A DNA stretch of 64,000 nucleotides from Balanoglossus misakiensis (GCA_040954595.2 CM082593.2:11111477-11175476); one strand, 5' to 3'. Shown: positions 39,987-54,275, counted from the first letter of the stretch. Notes: generated from the letters alone by a model not told the origin. Made by a program: numbers and translations.

Positions 39987-42900
39987 TTAGAAGTATCTGT
40001 CTCCGTGACTCTCATGAAATAGTTCATTTCTACTCTTAAGAGGCCTTGGTCTCCATTCCTCACTTCCACTGGCACTACCACTGTCGCCACTATACATGGG
40101 ATTGTAGTGATAGATTTCTCTGAAGGCTTCCTCATCTTCCACACTTTTCCCTGCCTTGCTATCAACATCATCTGTATCATCAAACCAATGGATATCCATA
40201 GTTGCCTCTTGTTCTTCCCAGCCTGGATGTTTCTTTCCTCCAAGAGCACACCTGAATGTCAAATAGTTGAACATCATCAATGTGGGATTTGTTGTGATGT
40301 TGTTACTACTGTAGAATAACGCAGGTGGTTGTTGGACACTTTGCGGTCTGGTCGCGTGACTTTGCCTTGTTAGCCGCCATGCATGTTGAACGCAAATTAT
40401 ACCATGATGCCCTGCAGTTACCCTATACGCTAATAGGTCTATGCATGAACTCTTTGAATAAATTTGCTTCCACGATACAGATGAGATTATTTTTCACGTT
40501 GCCTCATGCATGTATGGAAAGATACAGGTAAATTCCCAGTTTTCTGATGGGCAACATTTCTACAGCTGTCTCGATTCTACTCTGGTAGTACTAAATAACT
40601 TACCGTTGGTACATGAGTAACATTATTACACCAAGCACTAACACAGCCGCTAAACCTCCCGCAACACCACCAATGATGACAGCTGGAGGAATCTGTAAGA
40701 GTTTAAATATTTCTATTTGTCACGGGGGCGATATGCTACGATAAAAGCAAGAAAACCATTCATTATGATGCTTAACTATTGTAAAATGGTTAGTTGACCA
40801 AAAATCTAGTTATACTGCAGATGTTGCAGTTTCACCATTTTCACAAATATTTTCAAGACAACGTAAACTGTAATCATGTAGATCAAACAAATGTGTAAAC
40901 TTTAGTGAATATTGTTTTTCAATCTTGAGTTATTAAAAGACAAAGAAATGTATACACACCTTTAACTTGCATTGGTATTCTCTGGCGGCAAGTTTCACCT
41001 TGATATTCATCAGTACATTCACAAACAGGATTGCCATCACTGTCCTTGATGCAAACAGCATTGTTTGAGCAGAACCCTTCACATTTATCTAGACACAAGA
41101 ATAAAATCACATCACATTATTCTACCTGACGAACCATTTGTATTAGACAAGAACTAAACCCACTTGCAGATTCATTTCTTACAAACGGAATGGAAGTTGT
41201 GTGCTGTCGAACGTTGATTCACTATATATCCACATGTACCGGGTGAATAACATAAACAGTGTCTTGTATCAAACATAATTAATGGAAAAAGGGCAGCAAG
41301 AGAGATACTAAATCAACAGTAGTGTCTACGTTTTAGCTGTACATATTTCTGTTGACATTTCAGTTGTAGATAGTTACATACCTGTACAAGTTATTCCATC
41401 ACCAGTGAAACCAGTTTTGCAAGTGCATTCATATCCTGGTACAAGATTCCTGCAAGTGGCATTTGGGTGACAGTCATCCAGACCAAGACGACATTCATGT
41501 GCATCTAGAAAACAAAAATTCTTGCAATGTCTTTAACTGACCACCAAATAAAACTATGGGATCTTCATACATATCACCAGTTAAAGGTATACGGTCACCT
41601 ATGGAAAATTAGCTATAGTTACCATGGCAAAAGGAGATCTAGCCAATCACAGATTTTCAGTGGGTGGCACATGCAAAAAAGAGCGCCACCATATGTTCTT
41701 TAGAACTCTCATATACTCCATTTCAGCCATATATGGGCGTTTGTAAATTGGAGGTGACTGTATACCTTTAAGTTAGATGACTACCCAGATGCAGTGCATG
41801 GTTATCACATTCCATAGCCTAACATGTAGAATTCTGAGAAAACAGTATTACAATATTGTTATTTCCGTGAAATTTTCAGAAAAGGTGTTAAAAGAGGAGC
41901 ATTATTAAATTATATAAAAATATTGGATCACACAACATATCAAATGATACTCTAAATAAAGAAGAAAATTTCTTATAATGAAGTGTTTGTGTCAGATTGA
42001 ACAGTTAAGGTTGATCTCCACAAGCACTTCATGCATGTTATCAGTTCTATGATTATGAAAAATTTATTCCTACCATCACATTCTGTTTCATATAGGGCAC
42101 CCTCTCTGCCTGTAGTGTAGCCAGTTGGGCATGGTTGACAAGCATCCTGGTTGAATTCAAAGTTATATGTTCCAACAGGGCATTTCTCACATCTATAGGA
42201 CTCCTGATTCAAGTACCAACCAACATTGCAGTAAGCTGTTGATGGAATGGAAAAAGAGCATAGAATAAAATTGGAGGACTATCATTATTCTGAACAACTG
42301 AGGCACAATAATACAACCTTCAGTTCAGTACAGTTGAGATACAACATGAAAAGTTGTATACATAATACTTACAAACATTACAATCTTCACTTAAGGTTGA
42401 ACCGACTGTTCTTGTGGTGAAGCCAAATGGGCACGGCATACAAGATGGCTGAAGTTCAGCATTTGATTGATAGGTTCCCATGGGACACGACTCACAAGAC
42501 CCATTGACACTAAGTTGGACTCCCACTGATTTACATACCTCTGTAATTGAGAAGATTAATTTTTTGATATTCACGATTATCTGCTTTTCACTCACGTGAA
42601 TTTGTTAAACTGTTGAATATGTTACATATCTGGCGGTTCTAAAGTAAAAACCTACTCGGAAAAAAGTTTACTGGATGCCGAAATATTGCTTGCCTGTCAC
42701 TTACAAATGATAACGCCATGGGTACGTCACATGGCCAGATCATGTGATTGATAGTCAAGAATAGCAAATAACACAAGTACCTACCCTGACATTGTGACTC
42801 ATCAGTAGCTCCTTCAACTAATGTAAGCATTCCCTTTGGGCAAGTATTACACACAAACTTTCCTTCTTCTGATTGCCAGAATCCAATGGGGCAGCTTTGG

Positions 42901-45900
42901 CACTGAGAAGTCCCGTTGTCAAAGTAGTGACTAACATCGCACCTCTCTGCAATAGACATCATTGTTGAAAAATTATTTTTTCAACCAAAGAGATGAACAT
43001 TCCAATTGTCATTCTTTCCATATTGGATCACACCACAATAATTTGATATATACGTCACAATTCCCGGCAAGGGGTATGGGGTTTTATCGGGCCAGTGGCA
43101 TGAGTGAGGCTAGACGCTAGTTTTGGAAGCAAAGCGGACAAAATACGGCTAGATACTAGGCTATGGCTGTGGACGAGGAGGAGATATTGCCTTCTGTTAT
43201 ACATACCAAAACACTGCAAGATGGATAATGATCTCTTTCCCCTAGTGACTCCATTATTTGGACAGGCATTGCATGCTGTTTGTCCTTCAAGGGGTTGATA
43301 ATATCCAATTGCACAAGGATGGCACTGACTCAGCTCAGTGTCATGGTACGACCCTTCAGGACACAATACTGTGGAAATACAAAATGTTGAAGGCAGATGT
43401 ATACATTGTTCATGTACTGATCATTATGCATTAATGGTTTAAAACACAACTACAATTGTAACACACAGCATTCATTTTGGCCAGTTTTTCACTCTTGTGT
43501 CTACAAGTGGGATTGCAGTTGTGTGTGGTTGAATGTTGATTCACTATATATCCACATGTAGAATAACATTAACTGTGTCTTCTATCAAACATAATCAATG
43601 GAAAAAGGGCAGCGAGAAAGAGACTTTGTCCCTCCTTGGTATGAGCATATCAAATCAATTATTTCCTTATATCACCTCTTGGTTGGGTTGTATTTACCAC
43701 TCACACTTGTCTTTAATTTGTACACTGCGACTCACAACCACACTCGCAGCAATACGCCCCACCTAACAGGTCATATCAGGCGATATAAACATATTAACAT
43801 CTACACCTTTTTATAATATTAATTTTGGACACAGTTTTAATCCTTTCACCACCATGGTTCAGTCCAAACCAATTGTTTTCTATTGTAAGGTTTGACCTCT
43901 ATAGAGGAAACTGGGAGTGAAAGGGTTAAAGTACATAACAACTGAGGAGTATAGGCACTCACCACATTCTTCTCCAACAAGAACACTACCATTGGAACAG
44001 AATATTGTACTTTCAACTTGTAATGTCTCAGCGTCGACCGAATATTCAGCTGTATCAAAAGGACCATTCTTGACTGCATCTTCAATAACTACAGCTGCAG
44101 CATCAGCAGAGCTAATGGATAAAACAACAGGCAAAAAATTCTTACATATGCCACATTACAATACCAACCAGAAGTGTGTACTGTAAACTGAGTTGTTTTC
44201 ACGACAGGAAATTTTCGCGATATTAAAAGAGGCGACTGTTACGTGAGGACGAATTTTCGAGTTCTCGTATTTCACTAACTGCATCATTATCTCCAAAAAC
44301 ATTTTACACAACTTTTTATTTTAACGTTTTTTTGACCAGCACATGTTTTGCAGAAATTTACTGCTCGCGAAAATAACACGTTTTGCAGTATATTTCGAAT
44401 GCATGAATCTTTAGAATACAGGATGCCGCAACATGAAGGAAGGTGGGCAGAAATGATGGGGTTGCCAAAAACTGAAAATGTTTGAGTGTTAAGACACAAA
44501 ATAATTTGTTTTCACTTGCATGAATGGAATATTTTGCAATAATGCAAACACCAGCTGTATAGGGAATACAGAGCTGGTCCTCACACAGCCTGGGATCAGT
44601 ACCCTAGACATGTCACCAAAGTCATTTCAATAGAACAGAAGGGGAATGAAATACTCGAAAAATAACAATTACTACTCACGCATTGGTTGTGAAACTGAAC
44701 TGAACCACAAGCTGAGTATCAGCCTGTCTCTTTCTTCGGTTTGAGGCGCCGCAGGTTATTTCAAGGTCATCAAAGTTGCATTCACCGCCACAAATACCAA
44801 ACAAATCATTCAGATAGTTGATAGTGTTCATAAAACTGATCCTCAATTGCTGGATGACACCATTGTTACATGTACCAGCCTGTGAATTGTATGACACGCC
44901 ACAATTCACTCCACGTTGAGTCTTCCCAGGAGCTGCAGTAGAACAATACAAACAAACAAATTTTGTTAAAGATGCAATTTTCAATCTAGCGAACGATGTA
45001 TTGACTTAGACTGCGAAACCGCTTAGCCAATCAGGAAAGTTACAGCTGCTTACCCAGAACAAAATATTAAGAAAATAGCTCAAATGTACTGGAGCTTTAT
45101 ATTGGGGTAAGCAGATATGATGTTAACAAATTATCTACCTGTAATCACAACCTTGACATACTGTAAAGCAAGAATTTGCATTACTCATATTTCTGTTTTC
45201 ATTTATAACTAAAAGAAAATTGTCTCAATGCTGGAATACCCCCTCTCACAACTCTCTCTCTTTGGAGAATTTTCTGAATGTGCATGTGCAACCTGATTAT
45301 ATTTCTTTACTGATACCAAATCATTTTTTTCTCACCTGAACATCCAGGGAAGGTGAATTCCTCGTCTGGATTCTCAGGATTAAAAGATCCTTCACTATGG
45401 CAGAGATAGTAAGGTGCTTGCAAACTTGTATCCTGGTAAACAATCCACCTGACAGAACACACCCGACTCAAACTCATTACAGATGGAAATACCTTTAACT
45501 GGTGGTGCTGGCTTTTCACAATCAAATGATGTAAAAGAAAGGAGAACACAGTTTATTTGTCTATATATATATTTTTAATTTTATTTCATCTATCATCCAA
45601 CAGGCAAATACTACCCAAATGTCTGTGTCTCATATATCATCCAACAGGCAAATACTACCCAAATGTCCAGGTCTAGGTAACGAACCCACAACCCTAGCAA
45701 CTAGGGCACAATGCCTCTTTTACCAGGTTCACACAGGGTAAAATTTGAGACACTATTTGCCAGTGCTAACCACAGAGCATTAATCCTTTGAGTCATGTTG
45801 TGTCCACACACACAAAGTTTATGTATGGGCGCTGAGGCTCGGCCCCATAGACAATGGGTTGCGGAGAGGTGTTAATCCTTACACCGGCTCAGGTCTGGCT

Positions 45901-48900
45901 GGCAGAGCCGTCTAAAATCTGAGACGTTTCAGGACCACTTACACCGTCCACACATGTTTTTTTAAGACAGTATCAATTCTGAGATGCTTCAGAACTGTCT
46001 TAATGGTGTATGTGTGACACCCATATTTATTACACAGTCAAATCTTTTAAACAGAACACCAACACATTAACATGTTTCTATGTAAAAGGGACTAGGAAAA
46101 GCTGTTGGTTGAAGAGAGGTTTCCCGATTAGACAGGGTTTGTTTTAGACGGGTTTGAGTGTCCTTGTATGTTCTGAATGATGTTGTTATAATTTTTGATA
46201 GTTACATAGGGACAAAAGTGATAATGATGCAATCATATTACTGTAAAACGGCAAATTTTCCCAAACTTCGTCAAAAAAGAAGAAGAAAATAAAGTCGCAT
46301 AAAATGTTTTTCAGAGATAACAGAGTAGTTAGTAAAATACTAGAATGCGGAAATTTAATTCTCGTGTCACAGTTGCCTCTTTTGATATATTGCAAAATAT
46401 TTTCTGTCACGAAAATGTCCCGTTTTACAGTATGTGACAAGACATAACAAGGGGTAGAGATGACAATTTGTCAAGATATTAATTAATTTGTAAAGTTTAT
46501 GTATGAATGATAAAAAAATTCACTCACGCAGTACATAGAGTAAAAAGTTGCACTGTGCATTGTTGCCAGCTGTATCTGAAGCAACATAGCTGATCTGGTA
46601 GGTTCCCCAGGAAAAGGTGTCACCTGTAAGAACAAAATTATGCACATCATTACAGGCATGGGTGCTAAAGCCAAAATAGCTTCCGTTTCTTGAATGTTTT
46701 TCATGATTTTCTTTTCAAACTTAGAATGGTCCATTTAAGTGAGCTATCTGGTGGGTATACACAGGCATATTATCAACTCCTGATTGTGACTGTACATATA
46801 AACATGAACAAGATATGTATACTAAACAGATATGGTGCCGCACACGTTTATTCAACTGCCCATTGTAAGAGAACACAACATTTGTGGTATGGGTATCCCC
46901 AGTAGTAGTGGAGAATATTAAGTACTTTACTGATTAAAGGCCTTGCTCAACAGTTGGTCAAATCTTTTGTTTCCAATAAACAATTACGTGCAAACACAAA
47001 TGCTTTCGAGTTTTAACTTCATTGTACTGCCCTGGGATCGAGGAAAGGGCCTATAAACATATGGTAATAGTATCAGCAATTAAGGCTTTAATACTTGGAA
47101 GCAAGATCATCTGTCGCACATAGGATGTGCTAGCCATATATGAGTAACGGCCACAAGAATAAACTGTACCAGTATGCTTCATACTGACCATAATCTTAGG
47201 AAAGTTGTCTCAGCTTGTTGGTTTATGTTTAGATCAACTCCCCACCCCACCCCGATAAAAAAAACTTAGTTAGTGTGAATGTTATATATTATCTATAATC
47301 AGAAATGATATTTTATAGGAAACTTACCCATTGTGTAGGTTTGTGTCACATTGGCAATGGCGACATCATCTGTAAATATAGGCTCCTGCCATACTCCTGT
47401 TGTCAAGCTATTAGGACTAATTATACGGGTCGTATTGGGACAGTAAATGACTTCAGGAGCGTGTTTATCTGAAGAAAAAAAAATGAAAGAATAACAAATG
47501 TTTGTAAATTAAACAACTGGTCCACACCCCCTATGCATACACTGGTACATTTAGGTAAATGCACTACTAGATGTTAATATCTGTCACATATTCATGAGAA
47601 ATCCAGATATTGTTAAGTGCTTGTTTTCTGATACATGTGAATAGACTAGATCACTGTCAAGAAACACTACAAGATAGGACAGGAGTCATGAGATGGTATC
47701 CATAGGCATAATAACTGATATGATCAATTACACTCATGATAAGCCTAGTTCTTGGAACAGCAGAAACTGATGATGATGATGGTGATGATGATGACGATGA
47801 TGATGATGATGGTGGTGGTGGTGGTGGTGATGATGATTATGATGATGATGATGGTGATGGTGGTTGTGAATAGTATCATTACATTCAGTGTTAAATACAT
47901 GTACGGTAGAAACAAAAAGAGTGAGCGATACAGGCATGGGCAGATGATGATTCCCTATACTTCCTAAAGTAGGGAGATTGCAGGCTGTGTGATTGGAGTA
48001 CAACACACAGCAGCTAGGGGCTGGTGAATGTACACAGGAAAAACTACTCAAAATTTCACACAGTTTTCCCTGGACAGACACAACATTACAAGGAGAGCTG
48101 TGTTAAAGTAAGGATTTAGGATTAATCAACTCTGTGAATATGACCCAATTTCTCCTCGTCAGATTATGCATAAAATTGTTTGATAGTAATGAATAAGGCT
48201 ATTTACCAACAGGTGTGCATGGTGAACCAGAGTAACCAATTGGGCACCTGGTACTTCCACAAGCTGATGGCTGGATTTTGACCACACTACCCAATAACTC
48301 TTGATCCATTTCAACCCACATGACATGATTGCCAAGTGGACTTTGTGAACAGTTCAAAGCCAGACTCTGGATTTCAACAGGAGTCAATACATAATCGTAT
48401 ACATTCATCTGTGTAACATCACCATGGAAGCTAAAATAGTTGTCAAGGAGTCCATTTTCGTCATAGCTTTGACCAAGAATTACCATACAGCTGTTGAAAA
48501 ACAAGAGAATAATGAATTCATTAAAAGTGCTGGTAAGAAGTTGTCAAAAATAAACTGTGAAAATCAGTATCGTTCCGCATAAGTTTGAATTTGAAAGTGC
48601 CACGAAGATAGCTTTGCTGATGTCCATAGTTTGCTCCCTTGATTTTTTTGGCCAGTTTTGTTGTAAGTCGCAACATGTTATGATGATATTGTATTGTCAT
48701 GTAGGAGTAAGACAAGCTACCTAGCAGATAAGTTATAAACAAGATAACTGCTTCACAAATAAATGGTTCACTTCTCTTGAGGCTTGGGAAAACTTGACAG
48801 TATAGGAAAATATAGAATTTTAACATGTGATGATGACAATTTTCTATGGCTTTGTAGGAGTTAAAAATGTTCGGAGTTCCACTAGCAACTTACTTTTCTG

Positions 48901-49094
48901 AGTCATCGATACCTGTCCAGGATGGAAGGGGTGATGTTACTGCAACACCATTCAAGTAAACTGCCACAATGCCTTCTTCAATTACCATGACAACATTATG
49001 CCACGAGTTGTCATCAACTGATACGGTTACACCATTTGTACTGACAGATAGACTTCTGTCCAGGACAAGAAGGGTACTATCAACTTGGGTTAAG
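39987..49094 (-). CDS. 3' portion of a SVEP1/uninflatable-like single-pass membrane protein: pentraxin/LamG, HYR, sushi, SEA-like (RRKR), 4 GCC/ephrin-receptor-like Cys repeats, EGF-Ca, EGF, TM, NPxY tail
   Basis: GT-AG exons: 49094-48894, 48490-48207, 47468-47328, 46623-46528, (45528-45336 damaged), 44932-44680, 44111-43963, 43368-43207, 42946-42785, 42540-42373, 42235-42074, 41504-41382, 41088-~40960, 40692-40604, 40251-39987. Motifs: WHNVVMV...VYLNG, VILGQ, DKHAPEVIYCP...WQEPIFTD, FSWGTYQISYVASDTAGNNAQCNF, CxxCPxGxYQ...CxxCP x4, DAHEC...CHPNATC, VIIGGVAGGLAAVLVLGVIMLL, YNPMY. The 5' exons were not found in this window. Confidence 0.88.
41585..41767. mobile_element. Non-autonomous DNA transposon (Kolobok-like) in an intron
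   Basis: TIR AGGTATACGGTCACCT / AGGTGACTGTATACCT with TTAA on both sides. Confidence 0.8.
44179..44390. mobile_element. MITE with TA-CTGTAAA...TTTGCAG-TA ends
   Basis: Imperfect TIR tactgtaaactgagttgttttcacga / tcgcgaaaataacacgttttgcagta. Confidence 0.65.
45336..45528 (-). pseudogene. Decayed sushi-like exon of the membrane-protein gene
   Basis: Acceptor reads ttttacAT instead of AG. Length is 193 nt. FDCEKPAPPVKGISIC...CLPGYKFA and APYYLCHSEGSF...FPGCS lie in different frames. Confidence 0.75.
46239..46432. mobile_element. MITE related to 44179-44390
   Basis: TIR tactgtaaaacggcaaattttc / gaaaatgtcccgttttacagta. Confidence 0.7.
47768..47865 (+). repeat. (TGA/TGG)n intronic microsatellite
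   Basis: Directly visible; it explains the poly-His and poly-Met ORFs in the track. Confidence 0.95.
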
Positions 49095-49329
49095 CTGCCA
49101 AGAAATTCAAAACAGAGATTAGACATAAATCGGTGCATCAGCTGGTACTTTTGGGAAATTATCACACTTTTTTCAAACTGCACCACCTTTAGCCCATACA
49201 GAAGTATGCACTGAACTATGTACAAGTATTATGAACCCTAAGTATGAGTGCATATGCAAGTTTAAACCAGACAAATAATAAATCTTCGCCGCAAAGGAAT
49301 ATGGTCGCCACCGTGAGAAAATGCAAAAT

Positions 49330-51245
49330 ACAATTAAAGTTGCAAGCAGCGTTGGCGGGGCACAAGCGGTTCCCATGGTAACAAGCAAATGCCAAGGCTG
49401 TATCTGCTGTGGATACCAAGATATTGGAAAGTAGGTCAAAGGTCACCTGAGGTCACCCCAAATTTGGGCAAAAAAATCAGACCCCATACTAGTCTAGGTC
49501 CAACAAAAACCAAACACCTAGCTCTATTGGTTCGCCTAGAATTAGGTATGCGCATAATTAATGAGGTCTTGTGTAAGACTCCATATCTGCTCCATCGGCC
49601 CTCCAAAAGCCAGGACTCTAACTGCTGTGGATGCTGAGATATGGGAAATTAGATCAAAGGTCATCCAAGGTCACCCAAAATTTGGGCATAAAATTTTGAC
49701 CCCAGCGTGGGCCATGTCCAACTAAAACCAGACCTCTAGCCCTATTGGTTAGCCTGGAATTAGATATGCAGAAAAATGATGTTTCAGAAATAGGTCAAGG
49801 GTCATTGCCAAAATTACCAAAATAGTTGTGTCATGTCCTGGCAGCATTGGTACCCATGTCCACAAAATTCATGACTGTGGTGCTTTTACAAGAGGAGGTA
49901 TGGGGATATGCATATATAATTAGTTGTTTTAAAACTGGGTCAAAGGTCATGTCAAAATTGCCCCGAAAAATTGTAACAACTTCCGGTCATATGATGACTC
50001 ATATCCAAAAAAAAGAATTTACGTGCTGTCAACATTTTGGCTACAAAACAGAATTTTCATTTTTCAATGGTTTTCCGAAAATCCAACATGGCCGCCATAA
50101 TGATCGACCAATCACAGTGCGCTTCGCAAACTTGATAAACATAGGTTAGGTGACCACATACCCCGAATCCTGTGACTTGGCAATCGCTGGTTCTGGAGAA
50201 GAAGATTTTTAAAGTTTTAAGTAGTTTTTCAGAAAAACAATTGTAGCAAAATGATGGACAGAAGGTAGGCTACCTGCACACCAAATTTGAACTCGATCGG
50301 CCCAGTAGTTTTTGAGAAGGACTCGTTTAACGATTGTCAGGAAATGCAATATGGCCGCCAGGTCACGTGACTAATTAAATATTCACGAGCCACTGCACGT
50401 CTACTCATTGGCCCCTATCACCCTACCAAGTTTCAGCCCCCAAGGTGCAGCGGTTTTCAAGATCTACCTGGCCGAATTTCTCGGAAGAAGAAGAAGAAGA
50501 AGAAGAATTAAAGCTGCGAGCAGCATTGTTGGGCCCAAGCGCTGATCTTGAATTATATATGCACAGTATGAATGAGAAGAAACAGAATTTTCTATCGGAT
50601 GTATTATCTCATGACATAACAAGGATGTGTGTATTTTTGCTGCTGAAATAGGGTGAAGTAGGTCAAAGGTCACCTGAGGTCACCCAACATTTGGGCAATT
50701 TTTTTTTACCCATACTTTTGACCCCAGAGTGGGCCATGTCCAACAAAAACCAAAACTCTAGCTCTATTGGTTCGCCTGTAATTAGGTATGTGCATAATTA
50801 ATGAGGTCAGCAGAGGTCAAAGGGGTCATGAAAAGTAGCAAAATATTTTGATCACACACTAATCCACATTCATCAAAAACCAAACCCCTATAGGTTAGCC
50901 TGGAATTAGATATGCAGAAATAGCAGAAATAATAACGCGTGATAATTAGGTCAAAGGTCATGTGAAAAATCGCCAAAAAATTGTTATATATTTTGGTCAC
51001 ATGACGATTGATATCCATAAAAAGAATTTGTATGCTATCAATTTTTGGACTAGAAAAAGGAATTTCAATTTTTCTCTGTTTTTTACAAAATCCAATATGG
51101 CCGCCATAATCTTCGACCAATCACAATGCTCTTTGCAAACTTGATAGACATCAGTGTAGTGACCATACTCCCCGAATCTTGCGACTCAGTCATCGCTCGT
51201 TCTGGAGAAGAAGATTTTTGGAGTTTAACTATGGTTTTACAAAAA
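49330..51245 (-). mobile_element. Two tandem Helentron-like non-autonomous units
   Basis: End motif attaaag(t/c)tgc(a/g)agcagc...ggg(g/c)c(a/c)caagc at about 49333 and 50507, (GAA)n at 50486-50506, and subrepeats gtaggtcaaaggtcacctgaggtcaccc shared with 23600-24290. Confidence 0.65.
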
Positions 51246-51582
51246 AACAATAAACCCGCTGTACCTCCGCATGTCTCCACAAGAGCTAGGAGCTCAAAAT
51301 CGAACGGACGCAGACCAGCGGTCTGTCAGGTGTAGTAACCGTAACACCAATAAAGGTAGGTTTTCATTGATTCTAATAGGTCTCCGTTCATCAACATTTC
51401 AAATATTCTCCATAATCCAGTAGTTGCCACTGTACTTGAATGAAATATTTCCTTTCAAACTTCCAAATGGTAACCGAATCTCAAATCGCAAATCTTTCCA
51501 TTTTAATAACGAAGTCGGATGCCGAAATTACCAACTCACTTTTTCTATCGGACTCCATCATTCTAATACTTTACTTCAATGT

Positions 51583-51963
51583 TCAAAAATTGTGTAAAAC
51601 AATATCCACTCTCAATCTATATTTCAGGTTTAACGGCGTAATGGCATCCCCGGCCTTTGCTCTATCATAGAGGCAAATGGTATTATCTCTTCCAGTGGAA
51701 AAGTTGCGGAGCTGTACGTATTCTCCCTTCTGTAATCTGTTCAGCCACTTCGGATTTTCTTTCCAGAATTTAAGTTCCAGAACGTTGCCATCGTGCTGCA
51801 TACAAGGCACGCTAAACAGTTTCCCGTTGGCGGAATTCCGGATCTCGACATCCTCCATGACGCGCAATTTCACAGCCATGCCTTGGCTGGTTGCAGATGA
51901 TGGAGCTAAGGTATGTAACAATCGCACCCCGAAACGCCTGGGCCCTTTTTTGTGTGTAGTCAT
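51583..51963 (-). CDS. Exon-sized ORF of a putative OB-fold (RPA-like ssDNA-binding) gene, probably a transposon-borne fragment
   Basis: AVKLRVMEDVEIRNSANGKLFSVPCMQHDGNVLELKFWKE...LQKGEYVQLRNFSTG shows an OB-like beta-strand pattern. Copies with stop codons lie at 61130-61366 and 63167-63404. The fold is inference. Confidence 0.45.
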   Translation of the reverse strand: MTTHKKGPRRFGVRLLHTLAPSSATSQGMAVKLRVMEDVEIRNSANGKLFSVPCMQHDGNVLELKFWKENPKWLNRLQKGEYVQLRNFSTGRDNTICLYDRAKAGDAITPLNLKYRLRVDIVLHNF

Positions 51964-54275
51964 TATGGGTATGTTAACCTCCCATGTCCTACATTTTTAG
52001 AAATTTAGTATACAAAACTGGATGACCGATTATGTTTTAGAGACCTTTCCCGAATCCACCTGAAGCCCAGTCGGAATGTCTTGGGATGTAACCTAAATTC
52101 AATATGGCCGCCTCCATGCGTTCACTTGCATTTGAAAATACGTTGATTTTATCGTCGATTAGCGGTGTTTATTCTCAGTATCAATTTAAACGCGGCACTC
52201 GCTCACAAGTCATATTCTAGAAAGAAAGAAAAAATGATAGTTTCGAGTACAGATTACATGTATTTTAAAACGAGGTTTGGTAACAATGGTATCACTACTA
52301 AATGACTTACAATCGATGTTTTTAATTGTCTTTGCACCACAGTATGAATCCGGTGATGGTAAATCGCATTCAACTTAGAAGGCATGGAGAAAGCGCAACT
52401 GATGGTAACTGGGATGCCAAACTGAAACTTTTGGGAGAGAAAACCTTGCCATGTATGGACGTGGGTGTCACAGTTAAACTTGGGTTAAATACTACAGCGA
52501 CAACCGAAGTCCCGTTGAGATATGATATGTGGTAGTGCATGTCCACATGAGTGCCGTGTACTAGCCTCTCTCTCTGTAAATCCATCCAGGCTACTGCTTT
52601 CTGTACATTGGAGAGAAATGAGAACAAGATGGTTAAATCATATTTTGTATAAGTTGGTGTTGATGAAAATAAGATGCATGTGAATTGTAGGACTGAAATG
52701 TTTCTGTAATGAATACTAAATTAAAAGTTCACAACTTGCATGCAGATAGTAAGTGCTGGGGAAGTTGCAGGGTGGAGATTGCTTTGGTTTAGTTAACTTA
52801 CTCAATCTTTGTGACTGTTGCATTTCTTGATTGATAGAGTAGTGTACATGCATTGGCAGGTTTTCTAATATGGCCTCCTCTGTACCCAAGGTCTGGCATA
52901 AGGTGGGACACTGTAAGTATTTGCCGTCTGACACAGAAGATGCCACTTCTAGAAAAAAATAAAAAGGACAGAATGTGATTGGTAAGACACAGAGACGTGA
53001 ACATGTACACAAAATGATAGGAAATTGGTGGAAGCAAGTACTGCAGTTAATACTTACTCATCTATGTCTATTCCCTCAAATATCCCTTCTACCATATCAT
53101 CACCATTTGGTTCTTTTAACACCTTAGGGAAAAATTGAGAGTTACATTAGAAGCACCGACAATAGGAGGGGTGGGGGGTAAGGTTTGCAGAGAACAGGTT
53201 TTTTTTATGAACATTTGTGAAAATCAGAAATTAGTGACATGTAGGATTTCAATTTTATGATGTAACATTGTTTTCTTTTCAACATCAGTTCTCTGAGTAA
53301 AAAGATGGCCATGTAAATTTTCTCTAAGTTTGTTAGAGAAATAAAGTACATGTACAACTTTAGTGTTTCACTAATTGAGTTTCAGTGTTCTTGTATTGTC
53401 TCCTTTGCCCCATGTCAACCTCAAAGTAAATATCAAATTTGCCATTTTTGACTTATTTGTCCTTGTAGTGGGCCACATAGCATTTTAGTGCAACTTATGA
53501 AAATCTGAAGAACCAAATGCCTAATTTACCCACTCTGCACAGATTTATTTCAATGGTACTGACTTGATGATCGGTATAGCGCCCTCTGTGGTAGGGGGTG
53601 GGGGTTAACCTAGCCTTTATATGTTTATCCCTGTCCGGTTCCATTCCAATTGTATCTATGGTAACCTTATTATCAGCAGTAAATGCCACAATTGTAAAAC
53701 AGCAATAATTTTAGTATCAAGCACTCTGTGGAATTAAATATACCCTGTGTATTCTTTGTTTCCCATTAGTAATCATGCAACTTTGCCATTTTGGGCCTTC
53801 TGATTTGCTGTATGTGCTCACTAGTCCTTCCCAACGTCTCTGAATTAGAAGGCCATTGTCATTTGTATAGTGTAGACACATTTCATTTTAGTACAACTGA
53901 TGAAAGTCTCGTGAAAAACCAAATGCTTAATTTACCCACTGTGCAAAGATTATCTGAATGATATTGTGTTGATCGTCATATAGTATAGCGCCCTCTGCGA
54001 TAGTATTTGGATGATTGTGCCAGGGAGAAGGGGGTACTGAGGGAGCAGATGCAGATGACAGCAAGGCATATCCACTGAACAATGAGACGGTACGTGTTGT
54101 CAGCATTCAGGGAGAGTAAAAAGGGGAGCGCAAGAGACCAGGATGAAGAGACGAGCAGTATTGCATCATCTGTGGAAAAAAATGCCAAGAGAAGGTAAGT
54201 GTGGAAGACAAGCACTTAAGGGTTATAAACAAATGTTTTTTTGTGGACAGTTTTAGTATCAAGCATTGTGGAATT

